Shown here: in pieces, positions 1 to 8,217 of the stretch
Layout: each line of letters begins with the position of its first letter
Position numbering within the stretch: position 1 is the stretch's first letter
Source: an uncultured delta proteobacterium
Lineage (GTDB): Bacteria; Desulfobacterota; Binatia; UBA9968
NCBI GenBank assembly: GCA_963760795.1
Contig: CAVXEP010000035.1
Coordinates: 32,001 to 96,000, forward strand
Direction: 5' to 3'
DNA length: 64,000 nt
Translations under genes and position numbers: made by a program
The notes under the pieces: model-generated
Told to the model about the DNA's origin: nothing
What the model saw: only the letters and a program-made list of their open reading frames with translations
Databases searched by the model: none

Positions 1-950
1 CCATGATGCTGGTGTCCATGACCGCCGCCGGTTTGACGGTGCGCGCGTTGGGATGGGTTAACGAGTCGAGGACGTTTTGAATTCCGTTCGGCTCCGGCAC
101 CGGATATTCGCGCACATGCTTGAGCGCGCGCTCGTAAATGTCTTTCTGTACAGCCGGGTCTTTGATGCCCTCGTCTTCGAGCGCGGCGAAGGCGGCTCGA
201 GGTCGCGTGCGAAAAATTGCGATGCCTTCGAGATAGCCCATCAGCAGGCGGCGCACGACATCGCGGTTGGCCTTGAGCCATGCGGTCGGGAAACACGTAG
301 CCGTAGCGCGCGTAGTCCATCGGCAGCTCGGAAAGGTCGGCCAGTATGCGGCAGCAGTTGGACGCCAGGATCTTGTGAATGCTCTCCGGGCTAACCAGGG
401 CGCCGTCGACATGGCCGGCGGCAAGCGCGGTCATCCGAGTCGGTGTGTTGCCCGATTGCAAGACCGTCACTTCCTTGTCCGGGTCGATCTTCCACGACTT
501 TAATACCATGCGCGTCACGGTATCGGACGCTGAGCCGATCCGGCTGATGGCGAGCCGCTTGCCTTTGAGTTCTTCCGGTTTGGTAATGTTCTTGCGCACG
601 ATGAACACATGCTCGATCTTGTTGATGGTGACGGTGACGAGTTTTAAATCGAGAACGCCCGACACCGCCAGGTTCAACATGCCCGGCACTTCCGACTCCG
701 AGCCGGCGATATTGCCGCCTGCGAGCGCTTGGGTCAAAACGCCGCCGCTACTGAAGTAGACGCTCTTGACGTTCAAGCCATGTTTCTCCCACAGTTTATC
801 GCGCTCGATGATCCGGCGCAGATTGCCCAGCGACCCGGCGCCGCCGCTGTGGCCGAGGATGACGTTGTTGAGTGAGGTTTGTGCCGTGGCGACGGAGCCC
901 GCGCTAATGAACCACAATAGTCCGCTGGCGCCTGCAAGGAATCGTCTCAT
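1..950 (-). CDS. ABC transporter substrate-binding protein, NMT1/SsuA/TauA family (3' end runs off the window)
   Basis: Not in the ORF track; read manually from ATG at 950 (GGAGG RBS upstream). MRRFLAGASGLLWFISAGSVATAQ signal peptide, then ...LWEKHGLNVKSVYF...LKGKRLAISRIGSASD...ALAAGHVDGAL, typical of type-2 periplasmic binding proteins. Open to position 1. Confidence 0.85.
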   Translation of the reverse strand, partial: MRRFLAGASGLLWFISAGSVATAQTSLNNVILGHSGGAGSLGNLRRIIERDKLWEKHGLNVKSVYFSSGGVLTQALAGGNIAGSESEVPGMLNLAVSGVLDLKLVTVTINKIEHVFIVRKNITKPEELKGKRLAISRIGSASDTVTRMVLKSWKIDPDKEVTVLQSGNTPTRMTALAAGHVDGALVSPESIHKILASNCCRILADLSELPMDYARYGYVFPDRMAQGQPRCRAPPADGLSRRHRNFSHATSSRLRRARRRGHQRPGCTERHLRARAQACARISGAGAERNSKRPRLVNPSQRAHRQTGGGHGHQHH

Positions 951-1032
951 TGGGGCCTCCCTGGCGAATTCAATGGCGCAGCCGCATGGCTACGATCCAC
1001 AAAACCATCGCGTCATATTCAATGACCCGTTC

Positions 1033-1212
1033 CGTCATGCCGGCGACGGCCGGCATCCAGGTTTTCTTTCGGCGCCAGACTGAGAACCGCCTGGATTCCC
1101 GTTGCCACGGGAATGACGGAAGAGGACCCGGAGCCGGATGGATTTCTCGCTGCGCTCGAAATGACAGCGTGCTGTTTTTGTGCCTGTCATCCCGAACGGA
1201 GTGAGGGATCTC
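1033..1212. repeat. Composite REP-like palindromic repeats (two families)
   Basis: Inverted pair CGTCATGCCGGC-GAC-GGCCGGCATCCAGG (1033-1061) / CCTGGATTCCCG-TTGCCA-CGGGAATGACG (1090-1118). Second inverted pair GATTTCTCGCTGCGCTCGAAATGACA (1141-1166) / TGTCATCCCGAACGGAGTGAGGGATCTC (1185-1212). Confidence 0.7.
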
Positions 1213-1232
1213 GTCTTGATCCGCATGAAACG

Positions 1233-2675
1233 TCAGTGTCGCGTGCCGATCATGTCCTGCAGCAGCGCCGGGTATTTCTTGTCGAGCTCGGCTTTCAATC
1301 GATCGCTGACGGCATTCACCGCGGGAAATTTGTCTTTCCATTCATAGGGCCGGGTGGCGTCGATGATCGCCCGCGAGTTGAAACCTTTGCGTTCGCGCGG
1401 GACTGCCGGATCGAGGGGGCCGCTCCAGCAGCGGCGCAGGATGTCGATGTTCTCCGGCTCCGAGCGCGTGCCGATGGCCCAGATGACATCGTTGGGATTG
1501 TAGATGTCGACGTCATCGTCGACGACGACGACGTACCGACCGAGATAAGCGCCGGGCCGGCATTGGCTGGCGATCAGCGCCGCCTGCTTGGCGTGGCCAG
1601 GATAGCGCTGCTTGATTTTTAGAATTGAAAAAAATCGATAGGCGGCCGGGTGAAGCCAGACGCCTTGAACGTCGGGCACGCCAGCATCGTCGAGGGCGTT
1701 CCAAATCAATGCCGAGCGTTGAATCGAGCGGTGAAAGCCCTGGCCCGCCGACGGCCGCAGCGGCGGTTCGCCGCAGAGAATGGGATTATTTCTGTAATAC
1801 AACGCCTTGACGCGCACCACCGGCTCCGGCCGGGTGGCGCTGGCGTAGTATCCGGGCCATTCGCCGAACGGTCCTTCGGGAAGATCGTCGCCGGGAACCA
1901 TTTCGCCCTCAATGGCGATCTCCGAATAGGCAGGAATCGGCAGCCCGGTCAGCGGTCCGCGCACCAGTTGGATCGGCTCGCCGATGACGCCGCCGGCATA
2001 GTCGAACTCGCTCATCTTGTTCGGCACGTCGGTACAGCCGGCGAGAAACAAAATCGGATGATGGCCGAAGGACATGACCACGGGGCAGGGCTTGCCGGCG
2101 TCGAAATATTTTTGCCGCTGCACGCGGCCATGTTTGCCCGGCGAGATGTACAGTGCGACAGCGTCTTTGCCCTGCAGCATGACGCGATAAGTTCCGGCGT
2201 TGATCCAATGATCTTCGGGATCTTCGGTGATGACCAGATCGTCGGTGCCGATATAGCGGCCGCCGTCTTCCTCGTGCCAGCGCGGAATCGGGAACGCCTC
2301 GAGATCGATATTCTTATCGACGTGGTTCTCGAAAATCGCTGCGTCTTCGACGAACTGCGCCGGCACCGGTTCGAAGTTACGGATCTTACGCCGCCAGGCC
2401 TGAATGAAATCGGTCAGCCCGAGATTCGGGTCAGTGCCCATGGCGATGGCCAACCGCGGCAAAGTGTCGATCTGGCTGCAAAGAATCTCCATGTCCTGGC
2501 GCGCTCCGGGAATCTTCTCGAACAGCATGGCCGGCGGGTTGGCGCTGCGCTCGAGGATCATCTCGACCAAACCGCCGATGTCCTTGTCCCAAGGAATGTT
2601 TTCGATGCGCCGCAGTTCGCCGATTTTTTCAACTGCATTTAAGAACGCGCGCAGGTCGTGATTCGTTAGGTTCAT
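1233..2675 (-). CDS. UbiD family (prFMN-dependent) decarboxylase
   Basis: 480 aa; N-terminal DLRAFL...GEL, NAGTYR (catalytic Arg), EGPFGEWPGYY (catalytic Glu pair), VVVDDDVDIYNPNDVIWAIGTR, LDP, IIDATRP. Confidence 0.95.
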   Translation of the reverse strand: MNLTNHDLRAFLNAVEKIGELRRIENIPWDKDIGGLVEMILERSANPPAMLFEKIPGARQDMEILCSQIDTLPRLAIAMGTDPNLGLTDFIQAWRRKIRNFEPVPAQFVEDAAIFENHVDKNIDLEAFPIPRWHEEDGGRYIGTDDLVITEDPEDHWINAGTYRVMLQGKDAVALYISPGKHGRVQRQKYFDAGKPCPVVMSFGHHPILFLAGCTDVPNKMSEFDYAGGVIGEPIQLVRGPLTGLPIPAYSEIAIEGEMVPGDDLPEGPFGEWPGYYASATRPEPVVRVKALYYRNNPILCGEPPLRPSAGQGFHRSIQRSALIWNALDDAGVPDVQGVWLHPAAYRFFSILKIKQRYPGHAKQAALIASQCRPGAYLGRYVVVVDDDVDIYNPNDVIWAIGTRSEPENIDILRRCWSGPLDPAVPRERKGFNSRAIIDATRPYEWKDKFPAVNAVSDRLKAELDKKYPALLQDMIGTRH

Positions 2676-2758
2676 TGTTCAAAATCCTCTAAGAGGTCCA
2701 ATCGTTCAAGCCGTTCAAAATGTTCGAGTCGTAAAAACCTAAAAGCGGTAGCCCAGCT

Positions 2759-3532
2759 TCAGGTCGCGTGCTCGACCGCCGCCCGGTGCATGACGCCGTA
2801 GAGATCGACGGCGGCGGTGGCGCAGTATTCCAGGTTGTAACCTTCGCGGCAGTCGGCGTAGCCGTCTTCCAAGATGCGCTGCATGACCAGCTTATTAAAA
2901 CTGCCATGGCCCATGACGCCGTCTTCATGTTCTTTCAGGTCGGCTTCTTCATGGGTAGAAAAATAGACCGCTTGCTGTTTGGTGAAGCCGTACTTCTGCG
3001 TCAGGGTTCTGAACCACATGGCGGACCAGTGGCCGATGGGTTCTTCGGTCAACATGGAGAACCACCACTCGGCGACGGTGCCTTCCCACATGAGTTGGCG
3101 CTTGAAGTCGAGGATGGCGCGACACTCGGGCAGCATCGGTTCGCGGAGAATTTCGTCCTGGGTCAAGCCAAACGCGTCGGCGGTTTGCAGCATGACCAGC
3201 ACATGGCCCGGCGGTTTGGGATGGATGAATTCATCGGCGATCTTGACGCCGAGGGGAGCCATTAAATCCGGGTGGCGCTTAAAGAAGCCGATATGCTTGT
3301 GGTACGACACCGAGACCAGGGTGTTGATCTCGACGGTGAAGTTGCCCCAGTTCTTGAAAAACAATTTGATCGCCGGCATGGGCAGCTTGCCGTCGAGAAA
3401 TGGACTCATAAACGGGCCGTTGGTGACCCGCTCCTTCCAGCGTTGAACGACTTTCTTGTTCACTTCGCCGATGTAGGCCTTGGCTTCGTCGGGGCTCATC
3501 TTGACGCCGAGTCGGGGTGTCGTCTGGCTCAT
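2759..3532 (-). CDS. Heme-oxygenase-like diiron protein (CADD/PqqC/TenA superfamily)
   Basis: 257 aa, predicted helical. Metal-ligand pattern DEFIHPKPPGH ... LTEE ... YFSTHEEADLKEH resembles the CADD-type E..H / E / HxxxDxxH set. Paralog at 15925-16668. Confidence 0.8.
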   Translation of the reverse strand: MSQTTPRLGVKMSPDEAKAYIGEVNKKVVQRWKERVTNGPFMSPFLDGKLPMPAIKLFFKNWGNFTVEINTLVSVSYHKHIGFFKRHPDLMAPLGVKIADEFIHPKPPGHVLVMLQTADAFGLTQDEILREPMLPECRAILDFKRQLMWEGTVAEWWFSMLTEEPIGHWSAMWFRTLTQKYGFTKQQAVYFSTHEEADLKEHEDGVMGHGSFNKLVMQRILEDGYADCREGYNLEYCATAAVDLYGVMHRAAVEHAT

Positions 3533-3585
3533 AGCTTCGTAGTGGTGTAATAACAGTTTTGCGCGGGGTTAATGCAAGGCAAACA

Positions 3586-3650
3586 GTTTCGGGTTCCGAG
3601 TCTCGGGTTTCGGGTTCCCATCGCCAACGCGAAACCCAAGACGCTAAACT
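3586..3650. repeat. Short tandem heptamer repeats in inverted arrangement
   Basis: GTTTCGG-GTTCCGA-GTCTCGG-GTTTCGG followed by complementary-type units AACGCGA-AACCCAA-GACGCTA-AACT. Confidence 0.55.
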
Positions 3651-3654
3651 TTTG

Positions 3655-4566
3655 TTAGGTCCGATACAGATTGTCGATAAACCCGCTGTCGTCGATTTTC
3701 CTTAGATGGTGAAAATCCCACAGCGCCATGGGGTCGCACTTTTCGGCGGCTTTGTTTTGCTCGATGGCGATTTCGTAAACGTTGGAGATCGCCGGGAGGG
3801 TCGCGTAGGGCTTGGCTTGCAAGATCAGTTTCAAATCCTCGTATAGATGGGTCGCCGTCTCGTCATCGAGCTCGCCTTCGGCTTTGTATTTGTCTTTGAT
3901 GATTTTGATGCACTCGGCGCGATGGGTTTTGAAATAGGCGATGCCTTCGCAGATGCCGCGCAGCATCTTGTCGACGATGTCGGGATGCTTTTCGACGAAC
4001 ATGGAACTGCTCGACACGGTGGTGAACCACACCATCGGTAAGAACGACACGTCGATCACCTTCAGGCCGGCGCGCTTGGACAAGATATCCGCCGGCGGCG
4101 TGACGAAAGCGGCGTCGGCTTCGCCGTCGCGCACCGCTTCCCAGTGAAACTTGCTGCCTTTGGTTTTCTCGACATGGCAATCGTTGAGCAGGCCGGCCTG
4201 CTTGATGAACAGCCAGGTATTCAAGCCTGGGTGATTGCCCTTGGTGGCGATATGTTTGCCCTTCAAGTCGGCCAGTTTGTTGATCCCCGAGTCGGCGCGG
4301 ACGATCAAACGATGATTCAACAGGCTGACGGTTTGGCCCAGATAAACCCATTTGTCGCCCGCCGGACGGCGGATGTAGGGCGACAAATGATTGCCGCCGA
4401 CGAATTCGACGGAGCCGTTGGCGACGTTGTTATGGGAGTCCGCCGAGGTGATCTCGTAATCGTAGTTAACTTCCAGCCCATGTTTGGCCCAGGAGCCCGA
4501 TTCATGCACGACATGGAGGAACGGCAGATGACTGTCGGAGCGATAGGGGAAATTTACTTTATCCAT
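3655..4566 (-). CDS. NMT1/THI5/SsuA-like binding-fold protein without signal peptide
   Basis: 303 aa; WAKHGLEV, INKLADLKGKHIA, AVRDGEADAAFV, C-terminal DDSGFIDNLY. Starts MDKVNFPYRS right after an AGGAGG RBS, with no hydrophobic leader. Confidence 0.8.
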   Translation of the reverse strand: MDKVNFPYRSDSHLPFLHVVHESGSWAKHGLEVNYDYEITSADSHNNVANGSVEFVGGNHLSPYIRRPAGDKWVYLGQTVSLLNHRLIVRADSGINKLADLKGKHIATKGNHPGLNTWLFIKQAGLLNDCHVEKTKGSKFHWEAVRDGEADAAFVTPPADILSKRAGLKVIDVSFLPMVWFTTVSSSSMFVEKHPDIVDKMLRGICEGIAYFKTHRAECIKIIKDKYKAEGELDDETATHLYEDLKLILQAKPYATLPAISNVYEIAIEQNKAAEKCDPMALWDFHHLRKIDDSGFIDNLYRT

Positions 4567-4773
4567 GGGGCGACCCTCCTTAATGAGCTGACACTATTTG
4601 TTGTCCGCGTTGGCGTCAACCGTCGCGGCAATGGATAAAAACAGGGGTTAAAGATGCGCCGCGGATGTCGGCGTTTGTGCAGAAGCAGAAAAACCAAAAA
4701 TCGAATTAACAAAACGTGAGTCGAATTGATCCTTGCAGGCGCGGCGCGAAAAGACCGGGTGTTTTCCTGATGA

Positions 4774-5790
4774 TCATTTTTGCGCGGCGGCCCCGCGCGC
4801 CAACTCGTCATCGATGACCCGCGCGAAGGCGTCGAGAGGCTGGGCGCCGGAAATCAGCCTGCCGTTGATAAAGAATGCCGGCGTGCCGCTGACGCCGACG
4901 CGATTTCCTTCCTCGATATCTTGCTTAATCGCGGCCTGATACTTTCCGCTACCCAGGCAGGTTTCAAACGCCACCGCGTCCAGCCCCACTTCCTTGGCCA
5001 ATCCTTTAAAGAGTTCTGGACTAGAATTAGACGGACCGGCAAAGAGCTTGTCATGATAGGGCCAGAATTTCCCCTGCTCGTTGGCGCAGCGCGCCGCCTC
5101 GTGAGCTTTGGTCGCTCCTGGGTGCAGGCTCTCGATCGGAAAATCACGGAAGACCAGCTTGATTTTTTCGCCGTATTGCGACTCGAGTTGTGCCAGCGTG
5201 GGTATCACCCGTCGGCAAAAGGGACAGTGAAAATCCGAGAACTCGACGATCGTAACCGGCGCATTCGCTGGTCCTTTAAAGGGAGCTCCGTCGACCGCCA
5301 CCGCGACCCGAAGGACTGGTGGCGGCTTAAGATTCACTACGATCTTAGCTTGCGAGCGGAGTGACTTGAGAAACTCTTCGCGCTTCGCAGTGAGCTTCTG
5401 ATTTTGTAAGTGACCCCGAAGCTGGTCGCGCAGACTGCTCTCTTCGCCTTTAAGCTGGGCTTTGTTTTGTTGGTACAATGTTTCGATTTCCTGCTCCGTG
5501 ACCAGACCGACCTTTGAGGTGACCTCAGCGTCGATTAGCGCCGGAACCGAAAGCCGTCTTTTCGCCGCTTCTTTGGCAAGAAGTTTCTCGTTGATAAGCG
5601 CATCAATTCGTTGGCGCTTGAGATTGTAGATCTGCTCTTCGAGCTTGCTTAGCTGTGGCGCAAGGGTCTTCTCGACCTCCTCAGAAGTGATCGCCACGCC
5701 GTCGACTACGGCGAGTGGTGCGTCGGCCGCATGGGCCGTGAAGGGGAATCCGAGCCCTGCCAAAAACAGTAAGATCCAAAGAGCCGTCAT
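4774..5790 (-). CDS. DsbA-family thioredoxin-fold protein with SurA-like N-terminal helical domain
   Basis: Signal peptide ending AHA-A; LAVVDGVAITSEEV; VEFSDFHCPFC active site; GVSGTPAFFING cis-Pro loop. Confidence 0.9.
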   Translation of the reverse strand: MTALWILLFLAGLGFPFTAHAADAPLAVVDGVAITSEEVEKTLAPQLSKLEEQIYNLKRQRIDALINEKLLAKEAAKRRLSVPALIDAEVTSKVGLVTEQEIETLYQQNKAQLKGEESSLRDQLRGHLQNQKLTAKREEFLKSLRSQAKIVVNLKPPPVLRVAVAVDGAPFKGPANAPVTIVEFSDFHCPFCRRVIPTLAQLESQYGEKIKLVFRDFPIESLHPGATKAHEAARCANEQGKFWPYHDKLFAGPSNSSPELFKGLAKEVGLDAVAFETCLGSGKYQAAIKQDIEEGNRVGVSGTPAFFINGRLISGAQPLDAFARVIDDELARGAAAQK

Positions 5791-5960
5791 GGAAGATTAT
5801 CCTTTTCTACAGACTTAGACCGATTGATCGAGGCAAGTCTCACACGCCGCGGATGTCTCTGCAAGAAAACCCAAGCCGCCCCGATCTCCATGATCACCGT
5901 CATCACATCGGTGATGCTACTATCGCCAACGTTTTGATCGCTAAACCAGTGGGCTACAAA

Positions 5961-5999
5961 GCGAAGGGGAAAAGGTTAATGACACCTTTTCCCCTTCGC
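5961..5999 (-). terminator. Intrinsic terminator-like hairpin after the Cys-rich gene
   Basis: GCGAAGGGGAAAAGGT / ACCTTTTCCCCTTCGC perfect 16-bp stem with only a short U run on the minus strand. Confidence 0.6.
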
Positions 6000-6114
6000 C
6001 AGAATGAATTTGCTACAATAGAGAAAAGACTTCCGACCGGTTTATTCTCCTAGTAAACCAGGCGCGCACTTTATCTCAACGGTGCGCCGCCCCTAGCTTA
6101 CAGCGTCAAAGCAA

Positions 6115-6873
6115 TCAGTCTCCTATTTCCTCGCAGTTATAGTTTTTTCCGTCTTCGCTGATTGTGCAAAGTGTTTCAAGGAATAACTGCGGCAGCTCAC
6201 CGTTGTCGCAGAAAACCCCTTCACCGTCCACGAAGTTGCCCCCTTCACAGATTCTCGCGGTGCCCAAAAACTGGTTGGCAGTAAAATTTACGAATTTATA
6301 ATCACCATCCAGTTGGGTGCTGCAGATCTCATCTCCATCTTCCTGCGGGATATTGACTGAGAGCTTCGTTGTGCAATTCTTACCCTTGCACTGCACTGCT
6401 CCGTCACCCGTCTGCGCGAACAGAGGAAAATCAACATCGTTCGCGTCGATGGTCACGTCTGGTGTAATGATGCAATCGTCGTCGTGATGGTCGTGGCCCT
6501 TACCTCTACCGTTAAATTCGTGATCTTTGCACTCCGGCTTTTTTGTCTCCTTCACTTTCTTTTCTTTTGTCGTGGCAGTGAGGGTGACCTCTGACGAGGG
6601 CGCCGGAATGCAAACAAGCGTGCCTGTTAAAGAATTAGTTTCAGAAAAAGGACTTGGATCAACTTCACATCTAGCAGTCGAATTAGTCAACGCTCCGCCA
6701 GTGCTGGTCAGAGTACAGTCTTCACTGCCGGGAACCCATCGGACACATGTCCGTGATCCGGCGATATTTCTCCATGTTCTGCATACCTCCTCCTGCGCTT
6801 GCGCGTCGGCTGCAAACCACGATAGCAAGAGCGCGCTGACGGTGATTATGCCCAATAAAATTCGTTTAAACAT
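6115..6873 (-). CDS. Secreted cysteine-rich hypothetical protein (paralog A)
   Basis: Signal peptide ending ADAQA-Q; 14 Cys; N-terminal CRTWRNIAGSRTCVRWVPGSE motif shared with the neighbour; AAGGA RBS; lower GC than flanks. Confidence 0.8.
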   Translation of the reverse strand: MFKRILLGIITVSALLLSWFAADAQAQEEVCRTWRNIAGSRTCVRWVPGSEDCTLTSTGGALTNSTARCEVDPSPFSETNSLTGTLVCIPAPSSEVTLTATTKEKKVKETKKPECKDHEFNGRGKGHDHHDDDCIITPDVTIDANDVDFPLFAQTGDGAVQCKGKNCTTKLSVNIPQEDGDEICSTQLDGDYKFVNFTANQFLGTARICEGGNFVDGEGVFCDNGELPQLFLETLCTISEDGKNYNCEEIGD

Positions 6874-7344
6874 TGAATCCTTCTCCTTCTTGTCTTGATC
6901 AACACATTGTTGCCCAGTTTTGTAAGGGTTCTTCCTGTAGATAGGATCGATCCCTATCTACTGCAAATCTATGACGTCATAACCCTAACCTCCTGTCTCC
7001 CGTCGATGACCAATGCTACCTCCCTAGCTTCCCCCGCATGGAAACGCCAGTCATGTTACAAAAGTTCATATTCAGCACAAACGAATCGAATTCGAGCAAG
7101 TGATTGGCAATCGACCTTCTACAACGAAGGAAGGTCTTGGCAATCATACGAGCGGGTATCGCCGCGTCTGAAGCCGGTTAGGTCGGCCGTGCATCGTTGC
7201 GCCTTCCGTCCCGGCTGTGCTTAGGTGCGCCGTAAACTGCTTGTAAGGGATCTTCCTGTGAACTCGCCCCGGAATCCTTCGACGCAACATTTTCCTATGT
7301 AAAAGGTCTACAGCGGTGTTGCTCTTGCTCCTTCCTCACGCTTT

Positions 7345-8079
7345 TTATAACTGCGGGCATTGCCCATTCACTACCGTATCAAGGTCGCAACAGGAATATG
7401 GAAGTTTATCTCCGGGACGGTAGTTGGTTAGGTTTACTGTGCACCGCTGTGCTAACTCGGCCTCTACTCCCGGTACCGCGCATGTGCCGCTTGGAGTACG
7501 GTCTATTGTATCGCAACACTGTGCTGTGTTGTCGAATCCGCCCGGGCAGACTAGAACCTGTGCGTTAAATACTTCGGCGGTAAAAGTTAGGAATGTCCAG
7601 TTGGGGTTGATGCAGATATCGTCGGTAAGGTCGGGATTGAGTATGACCTGACTGGGACACTTGCCGTTCCGGGAACAAGTATCGATGTCCTCAGTCTGGC
7701 TTAGAAACGCTTTTAGAGTAAACGGTTGACCTTGGGACTTGCGCGCATTGCCGGCCGGATTTACGCAAAAAGCTATTCCTTGAATGGCGCAATCTGCGTC
7801 GATATCGTTGGGATTACACAGACCATCGCCTACGTCTACAGTGCCAAATGCCGAACCTGTGATAGTTGGGCAAGTGCCAAGATCTGGGTCGCAATCTTTG
7901 ATGTTGCCTACCCCAGTACTTATAGCGTCAAGAACTTCGCTACCCGTACTCCAGCTGAGGCATGTCTTTGAGCCCCCAACCGAGCGCCATCTCAGGCAGG
8001 TCTGAGCGTCCGCTTCGCTCCACAATATCGGTAACACGCTGATGGCGATGAGAGCAATTATCAGTCGTCGATACATCAT
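7345..8079 (-). CDS. Secreted cysteine-rich hypothetical protein (paralog B)
   Basis: Start moved to ATG 8079 (AAGGAG RBS); MMYRRLIIALIAISVLPILWSEADA-Q signal peptide; 18 Cys; CLRWRSVGGSKTCLSWSTGSE motif. Confidence 0.8.
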   Translation of the reverse strand: MMYRRLIIALIAISVLPILWSEADAQTCLRWRSVGGSKTCLSWSTGSEVLDAISTGVGNIKDCDPDLGTCPTITGSAFGTVDVGDGLCNPNDIDADCAIQGIAFCVNPAGNARKSQGQPFTLKAFLSQTEDIDTCSRNGKCPSQVILNPDLTDDICINPNWTFLTFTAEVFNAQVLVCPGGFDNTAQCCDTIDRTPSGTCAVPGVEAELAQRCTVNLTNYRPGDKLPYSCCDLDTVVNGQCPQL

Positions 8080-8217
8080 AACAATCTCCTTACTATCTCG
8101 TTCATTAACTGTTGGTTCGCGCCCACAATGTTTGTACCAGGCAACAAGCTCTACAGTGGGATAGCTGTGTCTCTGTTCCACCCTACAATGAGAAAACCGA
8201 AGCCTCTCTGGCTTTCC

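Noticed and set aside
1650-2642. Long opposite-strand ORFs (also 8434-9297, 22489-23469, 44105-45037, 34219-34545)
   Set aside because: Antisense shadows of well-supported GC-rich genes with no recognisable motifs.
2759-3532. Calling the diiron proteins thiaminase TenA or PqqC
   Set aside because: No thiamine or pqq operon context, and the ligand pattern is CADD-like dimetal, so no specific gene symbol was assigned.
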